Of a stretch of DNA of 64,000 nt, positions 39,461 through 46,309 are shown piece after piece (positions within the stretch are counted from its first letter, which is position 1; every line of letters begins with the position of its first letter). The notes beneath the pieces are model-generated. The model had not been told where the DNA came from and ran no database searches. It worked only from the letters and a program-made list of their open reading frames with translations. The position numbers were made by a program, and so were the translations under genes. The stretch is from Alphaproteobacteria bacterium. Its GTDB lineage: Bacteria > Pseudomonadota > Alphaproteobacteria > GM7ARS4 > G965262615. Location: assembly GCA_965262615.1 (NCBI GenBank), contig OZ253545.1, positions 1,120,001-1,184,000 of the forward strand, in the 5' to 3' direction.

Positions 39461-39983
39461 CCTGAATGCTACAGCCCCTCGTCATGTAATAGCGCGGGCT
39501 ATCATCATCGTCTCTTGCCAACAAGCCAAAGCGTTGCGGGTCATAGGCGTAGGAAATGGTCTGTTCGCGCGGGCGATAGCGATAGGGAAACTGACGAATA
39601 TACATTGATTGAATGTCATGAGCCTCTTGTTCTCGCATTGCATAGCGCACGCGCTCGCTGTAGTCACCAAAGCGTTCCTGATGCTTATTGCGGTGCTGCA
39701 TATGATGCACCAGTTCATGCACCAAAATAGAGACTGCGCACACATTCATCGCCCGTCCCATATCGTCACGCAAATAAACCGTCCGCTCCTCAATGTGATA
39801 AAATGCCACCACCGCACACCGTCGTCCCCCACACGCCATCTCTTGCAACGAATCCGATGACGCAAAAACCACCGAAGGGGTCTCCGAAGGCATGTCATAG
39901 CCAGAGACGCTCGCCACCCACAGCAATAACGAGGCAACCATATCTGTCAAAGAACTGACTCCAGAGTGAATCATGATACTCAC
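39450..39983 (-). CDS. Hypothetical protein with an HExxH motif
   Basis: SILVHELVHHMQ...REQEA; start uncertain. Confidence 0.6.
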   Translation of the reverse strand: MSIMIHSGVSSLTDMVASLLLWVASVSGYDMPSETPSVVFASSDSLQEMACGGRRCAVVAFYHIEERTVYLRDDMGRAMNVCAVSILVHELVHHMQHRNKHQERFGDYSERVRYAMREQEAHDIQSMYIRQFPYRYRPREQTISYAYDPQRFGLLARDDDDSPRYYMTRGCSIQVKP

Positions 39984-39991
39984 CTATAGTC

Positions 39992-40034
39992 TCAATGACA
40001 AGATGAATGAGGCATGAATTGGGAAAGAATTTCA
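39992..40034 (-). repeat. Diverged duplicate of the bioA 3' end
   Basis: GGCATGAATTGGG(A/C)AAGAATTTCA at 40011 and 41421; reads EILSQFMPHSSCH* against bioA EILAQFMPNDREASCD*. Confidence 0.85.
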
Positions 40035-40042
40035 AGCTGTGA

Positions 40043-40070
40043 GATTCTTGGCAAAGTGTTTAATTCTTAA
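40043..40070 (+). repeat. Duplicate of the aminotransferase 3' end (34561-34588)
   Basis: GATTCT(T/C)G(G/A)CAAAGTGTTTAATTCTTAA, 26/28 identical. Confidence 0.85.
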
Positions 40071-40093
40071 TGGGAATATGGTAAGCTGCCACC

Positions 40094-40432
40094 ATGAGAA
40101 CCACCCGCCTTATCACATGGATTGCCATTGTCGTCATTGCTCATACGGGCTGGATGCCGAGCGTGGCTCATGCCGAAGAAGATGCCATAGCCCAATACAA
40201 TCTTGGGGTGGATTATTACAACGACAAGGACTACCTACAAGCAGCGTATTGGTGGAAAAAAGCCGCCGAACAAGGGAATGCCAATGCTCAAACCACTCTG
40301 GCGTTGATGTATTACGATGGCACAGGTGTCACACAGGACGGTCTGCAGGCGGCGTATTGGTTCAAAAAAGCCGCAGAACAAGGACATAAAGGGGCGATAA
40401 AAGCCCTCAAGAAGGAAATAAAGATGCGATAA
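40094..40432 (+). CDS. Short secreted Sel1-repeat protein (2 repeats)
   Basis: Signal ...AHTGWMPSVAHA; a 32-bp duplication moves the usual LKTLGMTN* cap out of frame. Confidence 0.85.
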   Translation: MRTTRLITWIAIVVIAHTGWMPSVAHAEEDAIAQYNLGVDYYNDKDYLQAAYWWKKAAEQGNANAQTTLALMYYDGTGVTQDGLQAAYWFKKAAEQGHKGAIKALKKEIKMR

Positions 40433-40478
40433 AAGCCCTCAAAACATTAGGCATGACCAACTAATTCAAGGGGTTTTA

Positions 40479-40760
40479 TCATTTAAGAATTAGTGTTACC
40501 AGAATGCCGCCCAGAGCCACAATCACTCCCACGAGAGCCACAATCACCCGCACGGCAAAGCGATTGATGGCTTCCAACAACTCATTTTTCGCCTCAATGA
40601 CATCTTTTTTGGTGGCAAAATGATTGCACCGCTCCTTGATGGTGGCAACATCCACCTTGAGATCCACCATATCATCACGCGAGCCATTGGCACCGCGATG
40701 CTTGGGTGTTTTCTGCACCTCGCGATGCTTTGGTGGTTCTTGCTGCGTTTCCATTGTCAT
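40479..40760 (-). CDS. C-terminally anchored coiled-coil protein C (minimal stalk)
   Basis: HFATKKDV followed directly by IEAKNELL..TM. Confidence 0.8.
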   Translation of the reverse strand: MTMETQQEPPKHREVQKTPKHRGANGSRDDMVDLKVDVATIKERCNHFATKKDVIEAKNELLEAINRFAVRVIVALVGVIVALGGILVTLILK

Positions 40761-40838
40761 GGTGATGAGAATATGTGCGTTTGCAGGGTTTGTCAATAAC
40801 AAAATTCTTCACGGTCATTTGGCATGACCATGAGGCAA
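40761..40838 (-). promoter_or_regulatory. Portable upstream module, copy C
   Basis: GGTCAT-gccaa-ATGACC, then TTGACA-N17-TATTCT-7 nt-ATG. Confidence 0.8.
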
Positions 40839-40847
40839 GGGTTTTCG

Positions 40848-41360
40848 TCACTTCAAAATAAGTGTCACCAAGATGCCCACAAGAGACACAATCACTCCCA
40901 CAAGAGTCACAATCACCCGCGTAGCAACGCGATTGAAAGCTTCTAACACCTCATTTTTTGCCTTCTCAATCTTGTGATCCGTGGCTGACATTTTCTCCAG
41001 CAGTTCAGCTCGCAGTTCAGCCATGTCAGCTCGCAGTTCGGCGATGTTTTCCCTATTGTCAGCTCGCAGTTCGGCGATGTTTTCCCTATTGTCAGCTCGC
41101 AGTTCGGCGATGTTTTCCTTATTGTCAGCTCGCGCCTCAGCAATTTGAGTTTCCAGCTTGGCGATTTGAGCTTCCAGTTTGGCGATTTTGGTCTCCAACT
41201 TGGCGATATCTTCCTTCGTGGCAAAATTCTTGCCTTGCTCTTTGATGGTGGCAACATCCACCTTCAGAGCGACCACATCCGCTTTGAGGGCGACCACATC
41301 ATCATACAAGCCATTCGCCTTGCGATGTTCGGTTGGTTTTTGTTCCGTCTGGATAGCCAT
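40848..41360 (-). CDS. C-terminally anchored coiled-coil protein D (long stalk)
   Basis: FATKEDI, 21-bp heptad repeats plus 33-bp IAELRADNREN hendecad repeats (41024-41133), TM helix. Confidence 0.82.
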   Translation of the reverse strand: MAIQTEQKPTEHRKANGLYDDVVALKADVVALKVDVATIKEQGKNFATKEDIAKLETKIAKLEAQIAKLETQIAEARADNKENIAELRADNRENIAELRADNRENIAELRADMAELRAELLEKMSATDHKIEKAKNEVLEAFNRVATRVIVTLVGVIVSLVGILVTLILK

Positions 41361-41426
41361 AGTGGTTAGAATATGTGCATGTCAAGCGTTTGTCAATCAC
41401 AAGATGCCTCACGGTCATTTGGCATG
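41361..41426 (-). promoter_or_regulatory. Portable upstream module, copy D (forms the bioA 3' end)
   Basis: CATGCCAAATGACCGTGAGGCATCTTGTGA-TTGACA-N17-TATTCT-7 nt-ATG; the bioA stop TGA lies inside the -35 box. Confidence 0.8.
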
Positions 41427-42727
41427 AATTGGGCAAGAATTTCATGCAGCTGCTGCCACGCTTCACGCAGTGCCTGTGGTGCGATGCAATACGGTGGCAT
41501 CATATAGACCACATTACCCAACGGACGCAGCAACAGCCCGCGCCGCAACGCCTCTTCGCCAATGGCTGTGCCAATGGTGGCGTGATAGCCTTCATCCTTG
41601 CCATCAATGGTGAAGGCGGCAATCGTTCCCATGATGCGCGGCTTGGTGATGTGAGGCAGAGTCATGATGTCTTGCATGGCGGTGTGATGAATGTGTTCTA
41701 TGGCGCGAATGCGCGTCCATGTGTCGTCCGCATCAAACAGCTGCAATGATGCCAGTGCCGCGGCGCATGCCAATGGATTGGCGGTGTAGGAATGACCATG
41801 AGCAAAAAAGTGTCCCCCATCATGAGCAAAAGCCTCATAGATATGGTTCTGAATGATGGTCGCCGCAAGGGGAAGCGTGCCACCAGTCAATCCTTTGGCA
41901 CAACAGAGAATGTCCGGCTGGTGTGCCAATTGGTCGCTGGCGAACAATGAGCCCAAGCGTCCAAAGGCGGTCATGACTTCGTCAAAAATAATAAGCGCAT
42001 CGCTTTTGGTGCGAATCATGGCAACCGCCTCATTGAAAAAACGCCTTGAGCTCATCCGCATGCCACTCGCTCCCTGCACCAACGGCTCTAAAATGACCGC
42101 ATTGAGAGTGTGCCCGTTGGTGTGCAAGTGTTCAGATAGTGTCTCAAGGGCGCGCTCTTCGGTCACGCCCATTGCGTTGTCATGCAGCCATGTCTCGGGA
42201 TACGAGGTGAAATGAAACGGATAGAGCAAGGATTCAAACCCCTCATAGAGCTGGCATGAGACCCCCGCCGCCATCGCCCCCATGGTGTCACCGTGATAGC
42301 CTCCCTCCAATGCCAGAAAGTGCTTGGGTTCTTTGCCCTTTTTGCGCCAGTAGAGCCATGCCATTTTGAGAGCAATTTCAACGGCGCACGAGCCATTATC
42401 GGAGAAAAACACCCGCTGCAATGATGATGGTGTCACCCGCGCCAGATGCTCTGCCACCCGCACCGCGCCCTCATGAGTCACACCGGCAAACAACACATGA
42501 GACAATCGCTCACTTTGTTTGTGAATGGCTTTCATGATGGCAGGATGACGATGACCGTGGGTCACCACCCACCACGAAGAGATGAGATCCTGATAGCCGC
42601 GATCCGTTTCATCATAGAGAACACTGCCTTCAGCTCGCGTGATGACCAACGGCGCACCGCCCTTATCAAACGGATGCCACAAATGAGTCGCGTCTAAAGA
42701 CGAAAGATTATGTGGAAACGCCATCAA
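41393..42727 (-). CDS. bioA: Adenosylmethionine-8-amino-7-oxononanoate transaminase
   Basis: HLWHPF, SSWWV, DNGSCAVEIALK, YHGDT, FDEVMT, AKGLTGG, HGHSYTANP, LRPLGN. Confidence 0.95.
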   Translation of the reverse strand: MMAFPHNLSSLDATHLWHPFDKGGAPLVITRAEGSVLYDETDRGYQDLISSWWVVTHGHRHPAIMKAIHKQSERLSHVLFAGVTHEGAVRVAEHLARVTPSSLQRVFFSDNGSCAVEIALKMAWLYWRKKGKEPKHFLALEGGYHGDTMGAMAAGVSCQLYEGFESLLYPFHFTSYPETWLHDNAMGVTEERALETLSEHLHTNGHTLNAVILEPLVQGASGMRMSSRRFFNEAVAMIRTKSDALIIFDEVMTAFGRLGSLFASDQLAHQPDILCCAKGLTGGTLPLAATIIQNHIYEAFAHDGGHFFAHGHSYTANPLACAAALASLQLFDADDTWTRIRAIEHIHHTAMQDIMTLPHITKPRIMGTIAAFTIDGKDEGYHATIGTAIGEEALRRGLLLRPLGNVVYMMPPYCIAPQALREAWQQLHEILAQFMPNDREASCD

Positions 42728-43122
42728 ACAAGATGGTGAATTTTTTCATGATGCCCTTGAGGGGATTTTGAGTTTTTGCCATCACGACCATCCAAATAGG
42801 TCTTGTAGAAAAGATTGTGATAGTGAGCAATGAGCTGTGTGACATCATTGTCATCTTCCACTCTAAAAACACGCACATTTCTGACACACTGACCAAACCA
42901 CTCATGATGTGCCACCATCTCTTGCAAGGCACTGACGCACTCCAGCCAAGAAGATGCTCCCAAATAGACACTGCCCTGCACATTGACCAAAGCATACTTC
43001 TTGAAAACATCACCAATGGCTTTGTAGGCATTTTGATAGGAAGTGGGACATTCTCGCTCCAGACACTTTGTGTCCATATCAAACACCACGGCATAAGTTG
43101 AACTGCTGGTTTTCGGTGTCAT
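42724..43122 (-). CDS. vapD: VapD-like (Cas2-fold) endoribonuclease
   Basis: YAVVFDMDTKCL, YQNAY..I, QGSVY, WF..CVRNVRVFRVE; TTGCTA-N17-TAAATT-6 nt-ATG. Confidence 0.85.
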   Translation of the reverse strand: MTPKTSSSTYAVVFDMDTKCLERECPTSYQNAYKAIGDVFKKYALVNVQGSVYLGASSWLECVSALQEMVAHHEWFGQCVRNVRVFRVEDDNDVTQLIAHYHNLFYKTYLDGRDGKNSKSPQGHHEKIHHLV

Positions 43123-43139
43123 GGTTCTAATTTAATCAA

Positions 43140-43796
43140 TTACGATAACGATAGCAAGCTTGTGTCATAAGGCGGATGGCGGGCAAAAAATTCTTCTGAC
43201 AATGGCTGATGAAACGGCAGATGACCGACAATTGACACATCACCATAACGCTCAATTGCGGACGCGTTTTCATCATCGGCGTCTCCCACCAACACGACTC
43301 CCGCCACCTCAATGCCGTGCAGACGCAATGCCTGCAGTGTCAAACAGGTATGATTGATCGTTCCCAGAGCGGTGCGCGCCACCACAATCGCCGATGCTTG
43401 CCACAAGGCAAAGGCATCAATCATGAATTGGGAATCATTGAGAGGCACCATCACGCCGCCTGCGCCTTCAATGATGAGAGGGGCATCATCAGGAGTTGGC
43501 GGTGTCAATTGGTCAAGGGCAATGGTGACTCCTTCGGCGGCGGCGGCTTCATGAGGCGAGCGCGCCAGCTGAAAATCATAGGCGGGAGGTGCGGCAACCA
43601 CGCCGCCCAGTGATGCCACACGAGATGAATCATCCGTGCCGCTCTCGTCTCGTCCGCATTGAATCGCCTTCCAGTAAGCCCCGCCACCATGATGCAGCAA
43701 CCACGCCGCCACCACGGTTTTACCCACATTGGTATCGCTTCCTGTGACAATCATACGAGGTGTCATATTGTCTTTTTGGCTGTCTTTTTGGGTCAT
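43140..43796 (-). CDS. bioD: Dethiobiotin synthase
   Basis: TGSDTNVGKT, SPH.AA, IEGAGG, LGTINHT. Confidence 0.95.
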   Translation of the reverse strand: MTQKDSQKDNMTPRMIVTGSDTNVGKTVVAAWLLHHGGGAYWKAIQCGRDESGTDDSSRVASLGGVVAAPPAYDFQLARSPHEAAAAEGVTIALDQLTPPTPDDAPLIIEGAGGVMVPLNDSQFMIDAFALWQASAIVVARTALGTINHTCLTLQALRLHGIEVAGVVLVGDADDENASAIERYGDVSIVGHLPFHQPLSEEFFARHPPYDTSLLSLS

Positions 43797-44539
43797 GATA
43801 GCCGCCGCGCCACACGATAGGCAATTTTCCAATCCACAATCAAGGGTGTCTGTTGACGCACCACCCACGCTCGCTCGCCGAAGGGCGCGCCTTTGTATGA
43901 GGCGGCGGCGGTGTGACATCCTGTCATTTTCAATTGACGCACAAAGGCGCGCGGGGAGGCGGCAAACTGCTCATGAACAATGGTCTCAGATGCGAGTGTA
44001 TCGCAATGAGCGAGACGCAGCCATTCATCCAGTTCAGACGCGCACGGCAGAGGCAGCAATCCATGACGCAACGCCCGCGAGCCAATCAATCGCCGCCATG
44101 ACGACCAGCTCTGTGCCAACGGCACAGAAAACGCCAGCAAGCCTCCATCCGCCACCAACGATGCCAGTTTTTCCAGTGCTCGCGCGCCATCATTCATCCA
44201 GTGAAGCCCCATGTTGATGGTGACAAGATCAAAGATGCCCGCCCGCACCGCCAGCCGATTCACATCCCCCACCACACGCCCCACAGATGATGACACTTCC
44301 CGCATCATGGCATGACTGCAATCCATCATCACGACACGACCCGTCGCCACCGTTCCATAACGACAACGCGCCTCATACAATGCACCCGTGCCACACGCCA
44401 CATCCAACCAGTGGCGCGGCGCATCATGAACCGACAGCATCCGCGCCAAATGGGCGGCAATGGTCTTTTGCACCGTTGCCCATTCATCATAGTGAGGCGC
44501 GGCGCGTGAGAAATTAGCATGACACTCACGAACCGACAT
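43793..44539 (-). CDS. bioC: Malonyl-ACP O-methyltransferase BioC-like
   Basis: FSRAA..YD..A.VQ, LDVACGTG, LHW; operon context. Confidence 0.8.
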   Translation of the reverse strand: MSVRECHANFSRAAPHYDEWATVQKTIAAHLARMLSVHDAPRHWLDVACGTGALYEARCRYGTVATGRVVMMDCSHAMMREVSSSVGRVVGDVNRLAVRAGIFDLVTINMGLHWMNDGARALEKLASLVADGGLLAFSVPLAQSWSSWRRLIGSRALRHGLLPLPCASELDEWLRLAHCDTLASETIVHEQFAASPRAFVRQLKMTGCHTAAASYKGAPFGERAWVVRQQTPLIVDWKIAYRVARRLS

Positions 44540-45137
44540 GAGACATACAGTCACGAATGGCGGCGGCACAGTCATGAGGATGGGTCACAGGCAGCAGGTG
44601 ATTGCCATCATCACACCAGCGCACAGGCTTTATGGTGCATTGTGGTGACACAATGGCATCGCGCCGTCCCGCCAAAGACACAATGGGAACATGGCTCTTG
44701 TGCAGTTGCTCAAGAGGTTTCCGTCCATCCCATGTGGCAAGCCAGTGCAATCCCTCGTCCAGACGCTGCCAGTTGTAGCGGCAGTGCGGCATGGATGACA
44801 CACCACACGCTCTATGAAAATTCGCCACCGTCTCTTGCGGCGATGTTTGCAGACGCTGCCTCATGGCGCGCAACGCGGCTTTGGTGTCAGAAGTGACAAA
44901 ATGACTAAACCCATTGATGCTCACATATCCATCATACACGACTGGCTGCATGAGCAGCCATAAAAATCCGAGAGAATGTCCCACCGCCACAGTTTTGTGT
45001 GCCGTCTTCTCATGCCATTGCGGCGTGCCACTAAATCCCAAATTGATGTGGTTCACGGGTTCATCATGCCACAGCGAATCAACGAACCGCCACAGACGCT
45101 CATCCCACGCCCAGCCATGAACAAAAAGGATGGTCAT
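44526..45137 (-). CDS. Alpha/beta hydrolase, pimeloyl-ACP methyl ester esterase (BioH-like)
   Basis: VHGW, GHSLG, D and H triad candidates; located between bioF and bioC. Confidence 0.8.
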   Translation of the reverse strand: MTILFVHGWAWDERLWRFVDSLWHDEPVNHINLGFSGTPQWHEKTAHKTVAVGHSLGFLWLLMQPVVYDGYVSINGFSHFVTSDTKAALRAMRQRLQTSPQETVANFHRACGVSSMPHCRYNWQRLDEGLHWLATWDGRKPLEQLHKSHVPIVSLAGRRDAIVSPQCTIKPVRWCDDGNHLLPVTHPHDCAAAIRDCMSHVGS

Positions 45138-46309
45138 GATGATTTCTCCTGCCATGACAACAAAAGGCTCGCCACACGGTCTATATCATCCTTGCGATGC
45201 GCGGCAGACAAGGAAAGACGCAAGCGCGCCGTGTGCGGCGGCACGGTGGGCGGACGCACAGCAGGCACAAAAAAGCCATGCTCATAAAGAAAATCCGATG
45301 CCGCCAGAGCGCGCTCATTAGAACCCATAATAATAGGCACAATAGGCGTGTCATGGGACGGGCAATTCAATTGATCGCCTAGAAATTGTCTGAGGCGTTT
45401 GCCATGTGCCATAACACTCTGTCTCAGGTAATTCCATTGATTCATATTGTCAAACACCGCCTCAATGGCTCCCAGCACGGGCGGCGGCAGAGCGGTGGAA
45501 TAAACCAGTCCCCCCGCTTTTTGCAGCAACAGCTGAGCGATGGTGTCATTGCAAAAACACACCGCGCCATAACAGCCATACGCCTTGCCAAAAGTCGCCG
45601 TGATGATGCCGCTCGGCATGGCGCGCGCCAAGCCGTGTCCATTTTTGCCCAACACACCAAAGGCATGGGCATCATCCAACAGCAGCAACGCATCGTATTC
45701 AGCTGCCAATGATTGCAACATCGCCACATCACAGCAATCACCATCCATGCTAAACAGCGTGTCTGACACAATAAAACGACACAAATTTTTATCTCGGTCA
45801 CGCTCAAGCAATGATGCCAAGTGGTCATAATCCAAATGACGATATCGCCGCATACGCGCACCCGCCGTGCGCACGCCGTGATACAAACTGGCATGATTGA
45901 GACGATCCATATAGACCATAGAATCAAAAGGTAGAAGTGATTTATCCAAAACAGACGCTAACACACTGCCGTTACAGGAAAATCCATTGCCAAAAATAAT
46001 GGCACGGGGCATTTCTTTCGCCGCCGCCATGCGCGCCTCCAATTGCGCCACCGCCGTGAGTGATGCTCCCAGCAGGCGCGAGCCATTCATCCCCGTGCCA
46101 TAGCGTTGCAACCATCGCTGCGCACCCTCACGCACCACCTCATGATGACTCAGTCCCAAATAGTCATTGCTGGCGTAATTGACCAGTGTCCGACCACCAA
46201 TGACCACCTCACCAGCATCATAAGTCTCCACATGGGTTAAATGACGCAACGCTCCCTGCCTTTGCAATGCGCGCAAATAATCATCATAATAGGACAGCAA
46301 TTGAGTCAT
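45134..46309 (-). CDS. bioF: 8-amino-7-oxononanoate synthase
   Basis: SNDYLGL, DRLNHASL, FSMDGD, DDAHA, TFGKAYG, VRPPTVP. Confidence 0.95.
   Translation of the reverse strand: MTQLLSYYDDYLRALQRQGALRHLTHVETYDAGEVVIGGRTLVNYASNDYLGLSHHEVVREGAQRWLQRYGTGMNGSRLLGASLTAVAQLEARMAAAKEMPRAIIFGNGFSCNGSVLASVLDKSLLPFDSMVYMDRLNHASLYHGVRTAGARMRRYRHLDYDHLASLLERDRDKNLCRFIVSDTLFSMDGDCCDVAMLQSLAAEYDALLLLDDAHAFGVLGKNGHGLARAMPSGIITATFGKAYGCYGAVCFCNDTIAQLLLQKAGGLVYSTALPPPVLGAIEAVFDNMNQWNYLRQSVMAHGKRLRQFLGDQLNCPSHDTPIVPIIMGSNERALAASDFLYEHGFFVPAVRPPTVPPHTARLRLSLSAAHRKDDIDRVASLLLSWQEKSS

Noticed and set aside
8157-41444. Integron cassette array
   Set aside because: No IntI is present and I found no RYYYAAC..GTTRRRY attC ends. 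The cassettes carry their own promoters and lie in both orientations.
42724-43122. Cas2/CRISPR locus
   Set aside because: The protein fits VapD. There is no cas1 and no repeat-spacer array, and the 21/33/108-bp repeats are contiguous and coding.
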